A stretch of 63,936 bases of DNA from NCBI RefSeq assembly GCF_002113885.1, contig NW_018404435.1, positions 12,422 through 76,357 on the forward strand. The letters run 5' to 3'. This DNA is from Mizuhopecten yessoensis (lineage: Eukaryota). A program made the translations under genes and the position numbers. A model generated the notes under the pieces. It had not been told where the DNA came from. It ran no database searches and saw only the letters and a program-made list of their open reading frames with translations. Of this stretch, positions 47,085 to 59,580 are shown one piece after another. Each line of letters starts with the position of its first letter. The stretch's first letter is position 1.

Positions 47085-50000
47085 AATCCAGAGTAAGGAA
47101 GGAAAGAGGAAAAGAGGGAAAAGCAATAACAGAGGGAATCCAGAGTAAAACTTAAAAGGGGTAAAGAGGTAATAGCGATAACAGAGGGAATCTAGAGTAA
47201 AGAGGCAATAGCAATAACAAAGAAAATCTAGAGTGAAGGAGGATAGGGGTTAAGAGGGGATAGCAATAACAGAGGAAATCTAGAGTAAAGAGGGAAGGAG
47301 ATAAAGAGGGAATAGCAATAACAGAGGAAATCCAGAGTAAAGAATGATGGGGGTAAAGAGGGAATTTAGAGTAAAGAGGGAATAGCGATAACAGAGGGAA
47401 TCTAGAGTAAAGAAGAATAGGGGTAAAGATGGAATAGCAAAAACAGAGGGAATCTAGAGTAAAGAGGGAAAAGGGTAAAGACAGAATAGCGATAACAGAG
47501 GGAATCTAGAGTAAAAGAGGAATCTAGAGTAAAGAGGGAATAGCGATAACAGAGGGAATCTAGAGTAAATAAGGAATAGCGATAACAGAGGGAATCTAGA
47601 GTAAAGAGGGAATAGCGATAACAGAGGGAATCCAAAGTAAAGAGGGATTAGCGATAACAGAGGGAATCCAAAGTAAAGAGGGAATAGCGATAACAGAGGG
47701 AATCTTGAGTAAAGAGGGAATAACGATAAAAGAGGGAATATAGAGTAAAGAGGGAATAGCGATAGCAGAGAGAATCTTGAGTAAAGATGGAATAGCGAAA
47801 ACAGAGGGAATCTAGAGTAAAGAACGAAAAGGGTAAAGAGGGAATAGCAATTACAGAGGGAATCTAGAGTAAAGATGGAATAGCGATAACAGAGGGAATC
47901 TAGAGTAAAGAAGAATAGGGGTAAAGATGGAATAGCAAAAACAGATGGAATCTAGAGTAAAGAAGGAAAAGGGTAAAGACAGAATAGCGATAACAGAGGG
48001 AATCTAGAGTAAAAGAGGAATCTAGAGTAAAGAGGGAATACCGATAACAGAGGGAATATAGAGTAAATAAGGAATAGCGATAACAGAGGGAATCCAAAGT
48101 AAAGAGGGAATAGCGATAACAGAGGGAATCTAGAGTAAAGAAGAATAGGGGTAAAGATGGAATAGCAAAAACAGATGGAATCTAGAATAAAGAAGGAAAA
48201 GGGTAAAGACAGAATAGCGATAACAGAGGGAATCTTGAGTAAAGAGGGAATAGCGATAACAGAGGGAATCTTGAGTAAAGAGGGAATAGCGATAAAAGAG
48301 GGAATATAGAGTAAAGAGGAAATAGCGATAGCAGAGGGAATCTTGAGTAAAGACGGAATAGCGAAAACAGAGGGAATCTAGAGTAGAGAAGGAAAAGGGT
48401 AAAGAGGGAATAGCAATTACAGAGGGAATCTAGAGTAAAGATGGAATAGCGATAACAGAGGGAATTCAGAGTAAAGAGGGAGTAGCAATAACGGAGGGAA
48501 TCTAGAGTAAAGACGGAATAGCGATAACAGAGGGAATCCAAAGTAAAGAGGGAATAGCGATAACAGAGGGAGTCTAGAGTAAAGAGGGAATAGCGATAAC
48601 AGAGGGAATATAGAGTAAAGAATGAAAAGGGTAAAGAGGGAATAGCAATAACAGAGGGAATCTAGGGTAAAGACGGATTAGCAATAACAGAGGGAATCTT
48701 GAGTAAAGAGGAAATAGCGAAAACAGAGGGAATCTAGAGTAAAGAGGGAATAGCGATAACAGAGGGAATCTTGAGTCAAGAAGGAAAAGGGTAAAGAGGG
48801 ATTAGCAATAACAGAGGGAATCTAGAGTAAAGACGGATTAGCAATAACAGAGGGAATCTTGAGTAAAGAGGAAATAGCGAAAACAGAGGGAATCTTGAGT
48901 AAAGAGGGAATAACGATAACAGAGGGAATCTTGAGTCAAGAAGGAAAAGGGTAAAGAGGGAATAGCAATAACAGAGGGAATCTAGNNNNNNNNNNNNNNN
49001 NNNNNNNNNNNNNNNNNNNNNNNNNNNNNNNNNNNNNNNNNNNNNNNNNNNNNNNNNNNNNNNNNNNNNNNNNNNNNNNNNNNNNNNNNNNNNNNNNNNN
49101 NNNNNNNNNNNNNNNNNNNNNNNNNNNNNNNNNNNNNNNNNNNNNNNNNNNNNNNNNNNNNNNNNNNNNNNNNNNNNNNNNNNNNNNNNNNNNNNNNNNN
49201 NNNNNNNNNNNNNNNNNNNNNNNNNNNNNNNNNNNNNNNNNNNNNNNNNNNNNNNNNNNNNNNNNNNNNNNNNNNNNNNNNNNNNNNNNNNNNNNNNNNN
49301 NNNNNNNNNNNNNNNNNNNNNNNNNNNNNNNNNNNNNNNNNNNNNNNNNNNNNNNNNNNNNNNNNNNNNNNNNNNNNNNNNNNNNNNNNNNNNNNNNNNN
49401 NNNNNNNNNNNNNNNNNNNNNNNNNNNNNNNNNNNNNNNNNNNNNNNNNNNNNNNNNNNNNNNNNNNNNNNNNNNNNNNNNNNNNNNNNNNNNNNNNNNN
49501 NNNNNNNNNNNNNNNNNNNNNNNNNNNNNNNNNNNNNNNNNNNNNNNNNNNNNNNNNNNNNNNNNNNNNNNNNNNNNNNNNNNNNNNNNNNNNNNNNNNN
49601 NNNNNNNNNNNNNNNNNNNNNNNNNNNNNNNNNNNNNNNNNNNNNNNNNNNNNNNNNNNNNNNNNNNNNNNNNNNNNNNNNNNNNNNNNNNNNNNNNAGT
49701 AAAGAAGGAATAGCGATAACAGAGGGAATCTTGAGTAAAGAGGGAATAGCCAAAACAGAGGGAATCTAGAGTAAAGAAGGAATAGCAATAACAGAGGGAA
49801 TCTTGAGTAAAGAGGGAATAGCGAAAACAGAGGGAATCTAGAATAAAGAAGGAATAGCAATAACTGAGGGAATCCAAAGTAAAGAAGGAATAGCGATAAC
49901 AGAGGGAATCTTGAGTAAAGAGGGAATAGCCAAAACAGAGGGAATCTAGAGTAAAGAAGGAATAGCAATAACAGAGGGAATCTTGAGTAAAGAGGGAATA

Positions 50001-50476
50001 GCGAAAACAGAGGGAATCTAGAATAAAGAAGGAATAGCAATAACTGAGGGAATCCAAAGTAAAGAGGGAATAGCGATAACAGAGGGAATCTAGAGTAAAG
50101 AAGGAATAGCAATAACAGAGGGAATTCTGAGTAAATAGGGAATAGCAATTACAGAGGGAATCTAGGATAAAGATGGAATAGCGATAACAGAGGGAATCTA
50201 GAGTAAAGATGGAATAGCGAAAACAGAGGGAATCTAGAGTAAAGAAGGAAAAGGGTGAAGAGGGAATAGCGATAACAGAGGGAATTCAGAGTAAAGAGGG
50301 AATAGCGATAACAGAGGGTATATAGAGTACAGAGGGAATAGCGATAACAGATGGAATCTAGAGTAAAGAGGGAATAGCGATTAAAGAGGGAATCTAGAAT
50401 AAAGAGGGAATAGCGATTAAAGAGGGAATCTAGAGTAAAGAGGGAATAGCAATAACAGAAAGAATATAGAGTAAAG
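47085..50476. repeat. 36-bp purine-rich tandem array (GAGGGAATAGCGATAACAGAGGGAATCTAGAGTAAA), spanning N gap 48986-49697
   Basis: 12-codon periodicity in the minus-strand pseudo-ORFs. Grades into GA-rich low-complexity flanks (46765-47085 and 50476-50760). Confidence 0.95.
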
Positions 50477-50860
50477 ACGATATTAAGTGGGGATTGAATA
50501 AGAAAGGTGCAAAACGAGACGGAATACAGTTAAGAGGGGATATACAGCAAAGGAATAAATTATGAAATGAGGGTTCCAAGCTAAGAGAGTATCGCCGGTA
50601 AAGAAATAATAACGAGTGGTCAGACAGGATTGAGGGAATAGAGTAAAGAGAAATTAAGTAAAGAGAGAGCAGGGCAAAAGGGGAAACAGGATATGGGTAT
50701 AGAAATAATTTCAGTTCAGTAGGAATGTATAATAAAAACTGAAGACGTAGTAAATTAGAAATAAAGTACACATCTGGACCAAATGTAACGTATATGTTAT
50801 TGTATAACACAAAGACTTTTAGTTTGAGGAAGGTATTGATGCCGTCAATTGTACCTTCCT

Positions 50861-50920
50861 GAACTTGAAACTTGAAACTTAGGACAGTGCGGACCGTCTT
50901 ACCTTAGCGGCATCCCTCAT
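50861..50920 (-). mobile_element. Possible extreme 3' stub of a LINE (RTE-like) with short (TTTCAAG)n tail
   Basis: Minus strand reads MRDAAKVRRSALS* followed immediately by GTTTCAAGTTTCAAGTTC. Recognised from memory only. Confidence 0.35.
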
Positions 50921-53900
50921 GGTGATGACCTTAATTTCCCGATCGTCAACTTTCCCTTTCTTGAGTGTAATACCAAACCTTAAGTGTTTACATTTCACAA
51001 ATGAATCGCGTTTCAAGTGCTTGCTCAAGACATCCTGATTTCCATGAGATGTAGACAACCAACAGACAAACGTACGAGGTTCTAGGACCTCCTGATTTCC
51101 ATGAGATGTAGACAACCGACACACAAACGTACGAGGTTCTAGGACATCCTGATTTCCATGAGATGTAGACAACCAACAGACAAACGAACGAGGTTCTAGG
51201 ACCTCCTGATTTCCATGAGATGTAGACAACCAACAGACAAACGTACGAGGTTCTAGGACCTCCTGATTTCCATGAGAGGTAGACAACCGACAGACAAACG
51301 TACGATGTTCTACGACATCCTGATTTCTATGAGATGTAGACAACAGACATACAAACTTACGAGGTTCTAGGACATCCTAATTTCCATGAGATGTAGACAA
51401 CTTACAGACAAACTTACGAGGTTCTAGGACATCCTGATTTCCATGAGATGTAGACAACTGACAGACAAACTTACGGGGTTCTACGACATCCTGATTTCTA
51501 TGAGATGTAGACAACCGACAGAAAAACGTACGAGGTTATAGGACATCTTGATTTCCATGAGATGTAGACAACCTACAGACAAACTAAGAGGTTCTAGGAT
51601 ATCATGATTTCCATGAGATGTAGACAACAGACAGACAAACGTGCGAGGTTCTAGGACATCCTGATTTCCATGAGAGATGTAGACAACCGACAGACAAACT
51701 TACAAGGTTCTAGGACATCCTGATTTCTATGAGATATAGACAACCTACAGACAAACGTACGAGGTTCTAGGACATCCTGATTTCTATGAGATGTAGACAA
51801 CTAACAGACAAACGTACAAGGGTCTACGACATCCTGATTTCCATGAGATGTAGACAACTTACAGACAAACTTACGAGGTTCTAGGACCTCCTAATTTCCA
51901 TGAGATGTAGACAACCGACAGACAAACTTACAAGGTTCTAGGATATTATGATTTCCATGAGATGTAGACAACCTACAGACAAACGTACGAGGTTCTAGGA
52001 CATCCTGATTTCCATGAGAGGTAGACAACCGACAGACAAACGTACGAGGTTCTAGGACATCCTGATTTCCATGAGATGTAGACAACTGACAGACAAACGT
52101 ACGAGGTTATAGGACATCCTGATTTCCATCAGATGTAGACAACCGACAGACAAACTTACGAGGTTCTAGGACATCCTGATATCCATCAGATGTAGACAAC
52201 TGACAGACAAACTACGATGTTCTACGACATGCTGATTTCCATGAGATGCAGACAACCGACAGACAATCTTACAAGGTTCTAGGGCATCCTGATTTGCATG
52301 TGATGTAATAAACCGATAGACAAACTTACGAGGTTATAGGACATGCTGATTTCCATGAGATGTAGAGAACTGACAGACAAACGTACGAGGTTATAGGACA
52401 TCTTGATTTCCATGAGATGTAGACAACTCACAGACAAACTTACGAGGTTCTAGGATATCATGATTTCCATGAGATGTAGACAACAGACAGACAAACGTGC
52501 GAGGTTCTAGGACATCCTGATTTCCATGAGAGATGTAGACAACCGACAGACAAACTTACAAGGTTCTAGGAAATCCTGATTTCTATGAGATGTAGACAAC
52601 TAACAGACAAACGTACAAGGGTCTACGACATCCTGATTTCTATGAGATGTAGACAACTGACAGACAAACGTACGAGGTTATAGGACATCCTGATTTCCAT
52701 GAGATGTAGACAACCGACAGACAAACTAAGAGGTTCTAGGACATCCGGATAGCAATCAGATGTAGACAACTGACAGACAAACTACGATGTTCTACGACAT
52801 GCTGATTTCCATGAGATGCAGACAACCGACAGACAATCTTACAAGGTTCTAGGGCATCCTGATTTGCATGTGAGGTAATAAACCGATAGACAAACTTACG
52901 AGGTTAAAGGACATGCTGATTTCCATGAGATGTAGACAACTGACAGACAAACTTACGAGGTTCTACGACATGCTGATTTCCATGAGATGTAGACAACCGA
53001 CAGACAAACTTAGAAGGTTCTAGGGCATCCTGATTTCCATGAGATGTAGACAACCGACAGACAAACTAACAAGGTTCTAGGGCATCCTGATTGTTATGAG
53101 ATGTAGACAACCGACAGACAAACTTACGAGGTTCTAGGACATCCTGATTTCCATGAGATGTAGACAACCGACAGACAAACACAACAGGTTATAGGACATC
53201 CTGAATTCCAAGAAATGTAGACAACCGACAGACAAACTTACAAGGTTCTAGGACATCCTGATTTCTATGAGATGTAGACAACTAACAGACAAACGTACAA
53301 GGGTCTACGATGAGATGTAGACAACCTACAGACAAACTAAGAGGTTCTAGGACATCCTGATAACCATGAGATGTAGACAACTGACAGACAAACTAAGAGG
53401 TTCGATGTAGACAACAGACAGACAAACGTGCGAGGTTCTAGGACATCCTGATTTCCATGAGAAATGTAGACAACCGACAGACAAACTTACAAGGTTCTAG
53501 GACATCCGGATTTCTATGAGATATAGACAACCTACAGACAAACGTACGAGGTTCCAGGACATCCTGATATCAATGAGATGTAGACAACTGACAGACAAAC
53601 TAAGAGGTTCGATGTAGACAACAGACAGACAAACGTGCGAGGTTCTAGGCCATCCTGATTTCCATGAGAGATGTAGACAACCGACAGACAAACCTGACAA
53701 GGTTCTAGGATATTATGATTTCCATGAGATGTAGACAACCTACAGACAAACTAAGAGGTTCTAGGACATCCTGATAACCATGATATGTATACAACTGACA
53801 GACAAACTAAGAGGTTCTAGGACATCCTGATAACCATGATATGTATACAACTGACAGACAAACTAAGAGGTTCTAGGACATCCTGATAACCATGATATGT

Positions 53901-55178
53901 ATACAACTGACAGACAAACTAAGAGGTTCTAGGACATCCTGATAACCATGATATGTATACAACTGACAGACAAACTAAGAGGTTCTAGGACATCCTGATA
54001 TCCAAGGTTCTAGGACATCCTGATTTCTATGAGATATAGACAACCTACAGACAAACGTACGAGGTTCTAGGACATCCTGATTTCTATAAGATGTAGACAA
54101 CTAACAGACAAACGTACAAGGGTCTACGACATCCTGATTTCCATGAGATGTAGAGAACTGACAGACAAACGTACGAGGTTCTAGGACATCCTGATTTCTA
54201 TAAGATGTAGACAACTAACAGACAAACGTACAAGGGTCTACGACATCCTGATTTCCATGAGATGTAGAGAACTGACAGACAAACTACGATGTTCTACGAC
54301 ATGCTGACTTCCATGAGATGTAGACAACCGACAGACAATCTTACAAGGCTCTAGGGCATCCTGATATCCATCAGATGTAATAAACCGATAGACAAACTTA
54401 CGAGGTCATAGGACATGCTGATTTCCATGAGATGTAGACAACTGACAGACAAACTACGATGTTCTACGACATGCTGATTTCCATGTGATGTAGACAACCG
54501 ACAGACAATCTTACAAGGTTCTAGGGCATCCGACAGACAAACTTACAAGGTTCTAGGACATCCGGATTTCTATGAGATATAGACAACCTACAGACAAACT
54601 AAGGGGTTCTAGGACATCCTGATATCCATGAGATGTAGACAACTGACAGAGAAACTACGATGTTCTACGACATGCTGATTTCCATGAGATGCAGACAACC
54701 GACAGACAATCTTACAAGGTTCTAGGGCATCCTGATATCCATCAGATGTAATAAACCGATAGACAAACTTACGAGGTTATAGGACATGCTGATTTCCATG
54801 AGATGTAGACAACTGACAGACAAACGCACGAGGTTCTAGGACATCCTCATTTCCATGAAATGTAGACAACTGACAGACGAACGCACGAGGTTCTAGGACA
54901 TCCTGATTTCCATGAAATGTAGACAACCGACAGACAAACTAAGAGGTTCTAGGATATCATGATTTCCATGAGATGTAGACAACAGACAGACAAACGTGCG
55001 AGGTGCTAGGACATCCTGATTTCTTTGAGATGTAGAGAACTGACAGAGAAACTTATGAGGTTCTAGGACATCCTGATTTCCATGAGATGTAGACAACCAA
55101 CAGACAAAAGTACGAGGTTCTAGGGAATCAAATTGAAGAGTTGTATGGTTGCAATCATGAAACATCGAGAAAAATGAT
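50921..55178 (+). pseudogene. Fossil Penelope-like element RT C-terminal fragment, split by the 57-bp array
   Basis: 50924-51027 translates DDLNFPIVNFPFLECN / VYISQMNRVSSACS. After the array, IKLKS / LYGCNHE. Collinear with the recalled invertebrate PLE motif DDFNFPIVNFPF..NIP..YGVYISQLIRYSRAC...KLKSSLRKFYGRHH. Confidence 0.8.
51029..55123. repeat. 57-bp tandem array (GGACATCCTGATTTCCATGAGATGTAGACAACCGACAGACAAACGTACGAGGTTCTA), ~72 copies
   Basis: Direct periodicity, with 56-59-bp variants. Confidence 0.97.
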
Positions 55179-55695
55179 TTTTCTTCGTTTGACAGGAACG
55201 TCGATGTTTGGGAAGCAAAACACGCTCTCCTTCCAGGAGCACCAGGAGCACCAGGGTGATATGATTATTGTTACCCGTAACCAAAACAACATAAGCATGC
55301 TCAAGCATAGATTATTGCTCCAGACAACTTTCTGGTAACTCACTTAAAACACGTAAAACGATCAAAACATCTAATCTAAACAGTGAAAACAGTAGTTTGC
55401 TTTAAGTCTCTTCAATGTTTTTCCAAAGCTTTGACGAAATAACATTTTATTATTAATTAATAAACGAAAAAATAGACTTGAGCACAAAATCCATGTTGTA
55501 CAATGTATATACGTTTGTATAATGTTTTGCGTATTGTAACTAATGCATTCAATTACCGATCGTTGGGTAGAAAGTATATGTTAATTAGCAGGATATTTGC
55601 TCACCGGTTATCAAATTACTGTCTGGTTTCTGTCATAGCTTTCTTTTATTACTATCAGAAACAGCTGAAGTTGTCCTGGCATTTCCAGCACACTT

Positions 55696-56230
55696 TGGTC
55701 TGGATGTTGTGCTATTTCGGTACATGCTCACCATAGTTTGGATGTTGTCCTATTTCGGTACATGTCACCATAGTTTGGATGTTGTGCTATTTCGGTACAT
55801 GTTCACCATAGTTTGGATGTTGTGCTATTTCGGTACATGTCACCATAGTTTGGATGTTGTCCTATTTCGGTACATGTCACCATAGTTTGGATGTTGTGCT
55901 ATTTCGGTACATGTCACCATAGTTTGGATGTTGTCCTATTTCGGTACATGTTCACCCTAGTCTGGATGTTGTGCTATTTCGGTACATGTTCACCATAGTT
56001 TGGATGGTGTGCTATTTCGGTACATCTCACCATAGTTTGGATGTTTTCCTATTTCGGTACATGGTCACCCTAGTCTGGATGTTGTCCTATTTCGGTACGT
56101 GTTACCATAGTTTGGATGTTTTGCTATTTCGGTACATGACACCATAGGTTTGATAATGTGCTATTTCGGTACATGTTCACCCTAGTCTGGATGTTGTGCT
56201 ATTTCGGTACATGTTCACCATAGTTTGGAT
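55696..56230. repeat. 37/38-bp tandem array (TTTGGATGTTGTGCTATTTCGGTACATGTTCACCATAG)
   Basis: About 14 copies. Confidence 0.95.
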
Positions 56231-56726
56231 CGCTATGAAGGATTGAATACAAAAGAACGTCGCTATGACGAAAAAATTCGTCAGTCGTGGATCACACCCT
56301 GTCCTTGTCATTCTCTATCTTTTCTCCTCGCTCACATAACAACAATGGCGGGAGGCTTCCGAGTGCAATACTACCATAGGTAAGGTTTTCGACTGGCACC
56401 TGTCATTATGTGCCTTGTTGATAATTCCCAAGATGGGGTCGTCTCAATAAGTATTTGTTATTATAGGTGTTGGATTGTCATTTCGTTTTTCCCGTCTGTC
56501 TTCGTGGTTTGTATTGTATTCTAATTGCAAATATTTTATATTTATTGTAAATAAATATATCCAAGTGTTTGGCCCTTGTGTCTGTCGTCAGTTTAACTAT
56601 AGTACACAATGATATCTCCATTGGAACCAGGGTTGGTCTTTACACGGACTATACGGCTGGGAGCTTGAGGTTAAATATGAATTCACCATATCCCTTTACA
56701 ACTGTAATACACATCACTCTATTCAA

Positions 56727-56965
56727 GGTTGGTCTGGTGGCGCAGTGGGTAGCGCACTTTCCTTTCACCAAGGCGGCCGGGGTTCAATTCCCCGATTGGA
56801 CGTGAAAAGGTATTGGGTCACCTGCCCGACCACGTGAGTCACATGGTACTCCGGTTTTCTCTCACAGGAAGACCCCCGCGAGCTAACATCCGGGCCAACA
56901 AGAGTGATTAGCATAAGTTGTAAAAAAAAAACGTGTTTCATAATTCTTCAAAAATAAATAAAGTT
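56727..56965 (+). mobile_element. tRNA-derived SINE, V-domain-like
   Basis: A box TGGCGCAGTGG (56738-56748), B box GGTTCAATTCC (56781-56791), central GGTACTCCGGTTTTCTCTCACA resembling the V-SINE core, and an A-rich tail at 56922-56962. Confidence 0.8.
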
Positions 56966-57392
56966 GATATTTCATATTTAAGGTTAGAAATACATCATTT
57001 GTAACACTAAGGGGGTAAACAACACTGATCCGTTTATTTATTTCATGGTGTGCGGTATTATGATGAAATAAATTATAATTGTTGAAATGGTGCATTTAAT
57101 TATTATATTCACGTTCAAAACAACAATATGATAATTGATTAAACTACAGTTTACGGTTTCTGTTACGACACGTACATCTATAACAAATTATAATCACCAA
57201 ACATTGGAACCGCCGCTTTGTGTGAACAAGGATAGTTGTTTTCTATCGTTACCATTCCCGATAGGTGATAAACACAGTGAGCACCATCCGTCACAGTGTG
57301 AATTTGATGTCACGTTAGGATTGGTCCCCGAGTAGTCAAACAGTTTATAACGGCTTTGTGTTCGGTACTTGTTGTACAACAGAAAGGCAAGT

Positions 57393-57840
57393 TTTAATGT
57401 ATAACACACGTGTAGGTTTAATGTATAATACACGTGTAGGTTTAATGTATAATACACGTGTAGGTGTAATGTATAACATACGTGTATGTTTAGTATAACA
57501 CACGTGTAGGTTTAATGTATAATACACGTGTAGGTGTAATGTATAACATACGTGTAGGTTTAGTATAACACACGTGTAGGTTTAATGTATAACATACGTG
57601 TAGGTTTAATGTATAATACACGTGTAGGTGTAATGTATAACACACGTGTAGGTTTAATGTATAATACACGTGTAGGTTTAATGTATAACACACGTGTAGG
57701 TTTAATGTATAACACACGTGTAGGTTTAATGTATAACACACGTGTAGGTTTAATGTATAATACACGTGTAGGTGTAATGTATAACACACGTGTATGTTTA
57801 GTATAACACATGTGTAGGTTTAAAGTATAACAAACGTGTT
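57393..57840. repeat. 24-bp tandem array (TGTATAACACACGTGTAGGTTTAA)
   Basis: About 18 copies; units carry CACGTG or TACGTG. Confidence 0.95.
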
Positions 57841-59311
57841 TGTTTAATATAAGTTAAATCACTGCGCCAAATTGGTATTGTATATATATATTGGTTTGTT
57901 TGCCTGCGTACTGCTTATGTAGAGGATGTGGGTATGTCCCAAAGCGGAAGTATAACAGAATTGAACCAGGATTGCTACCATCCCCGGGCCCTTTAACAGT
58001 GCACATTTCCCAATCAGAACCAGGCATCCCACGGAACGATATTGCTGCGCATCTATCCGCCTTATCCACGGAGAGTCCGCGTTATACAGGCGACAGCAGA
58101 AGCACGGGGTTTAGCGCTGGATTCTAGGCGACATTAGCCTCTTACGTTTCCGAATACTTGGACCTGCTGTACATCAGCTGTAAGCCTATTGCTGGCTTTC
58201 GACGATTCCAGAAGCAGCAGCAGTAGTAACCGTTGTTGAGTCCGAGCCGATGATTGGCTCTCGTGTAATTGGTTCGTTTCTGACAATATGTCTTGACGAA
58301 GTTTCACAAACAGCGCTGCCGAGACAGGAGTGACTGCTGCTGCTGCGTTCAGGCGGCTAGTTGTAACAAGTGTGAGCCACTGCGGCACCGCCTCCTCTCT
58401 CCTCCTCCTGTTCGTACTGCTACCTTATTCAAACTGTTATCTTCCACCTGGCTGTTTGGTGTTCTGCTACATTATTGTGTTCATCATATATAATTTCTTT
58501 CTTGTGATAAAGAAGTTTGGTCCAGTTAAATAGATTACCAAGAACGTTATGTGATGTGTATGAGTTGTTGAACTTTGAGTGTTATATGTTTTGCGATCAC
58601 TTACCTGTGCGTGTCAACACTTGTATGACGTCATATTTACCCGTACAGGGACTAACTTGGAGTATCAATGTGCGCTACTACTTAATAACACAAAAACAAG
58701 TTTGAAAGTTTGTACCCGGATGTTGTGAGTGGTGGCTATCCAGAAAGCCTTTTCCGTGTCCAGCGCTCCTGTACGGAAGGGGTAAAAGTATTAAGGGGAT
58801 ACCCCATGTGAAAGCTGTCCAGGTAAGTCCGTGGTTTCTTTACATGATAACGGGTTACATTTCATTAGTTTTTTTTATTGTATTATACAATGGAATCTTG
58901 TAAGTTGAAAGTCGTTATATGAAATATGTTGTTTTTCTGGAATTCCTGTGTTTCGATAACCGTGCGAAAAAAAATCTATGACGAGATGGGTCCTGTTGGA
59001 AAACGATTTTGTAAAGAGCAAACTATTTTGTCAAACAATGGTAACGCTTTGTATGAGCGGTGATAGTGTTTACCACTGTCACTCCAGGGGCAGGCAGCAT
59101 TGCAATGGGGTTTCCAATGTATCAACTTCACTTAAAGTAATAACTAAGTTAATACAATGTATCATACTTGGTAATTATTTTCAAACAATTGAGAGAGAGA
59201 GAGGTCTTAATTCTCAAAATACACATGAACATATCTATAATGTATTGTATATGTGACTTGCTCTATGACCGAATTCAAACGTAAACGTGACCCTTATTTG
59301 CTAAATTATCT

Positions 59312-59580
59312 GGGAACCTGAGGTCGGCTCCGTTTAAGATAAACGGAATTGGTAACCAGACCACACTATCAGTGGCACTTGGACCAACATATTAGTTCGC
59401 ATAGAAGTATTATAATCCACATCTTTAGTCGCTTTTTTCATACCTAGAGTTAAAATGAGATCTGAAACTTACTTGTGAAACTTTCCAATTGAGCTTTACC
59501 ACGTTTATTTATCCTACGTGTACCGACTCTATTTTTTTTATCAAACGGAACTAGGAACAAGTCATCAACTTCAACCTCCC
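59312..59580. mobile_element. MITE family M, copy retaining both inverted ends
   Basis: Left end GGGAACCTGAGGTCGG..TAAACGGAA and right end AAACGGAACTAGGAAC..AACTTCAACCTCCC (GGG..CCC termini). No clear TSD. Confidence 0.6.

Noticed and set aside
56401-56608. Solo LTR (TG...AATAAA...CA)
   Set aside because: No TSD and no second copy.
56727-56800. tRNA gene
   Set aside because: A and B boxes are present, but there is no proper cloverleaf and it continues into a SINE body with an A-rich tail.
57854-58533. GC-richer segment with short ORFs (possible transposase or exon remnant)
   Set aside because: No motif I can identify with confidence.
46740-58830. Strong splice-like sites (CAG/GTAAGA ~46764, acceptor ~55195, AG/GTAAGG ~56380, CAG/GTAAGT ~58823)
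   Set aside because: They could not be joined into a recognisable protein. RNA-seq would be needed, so a host gene with tiny exons cannot be excluded.
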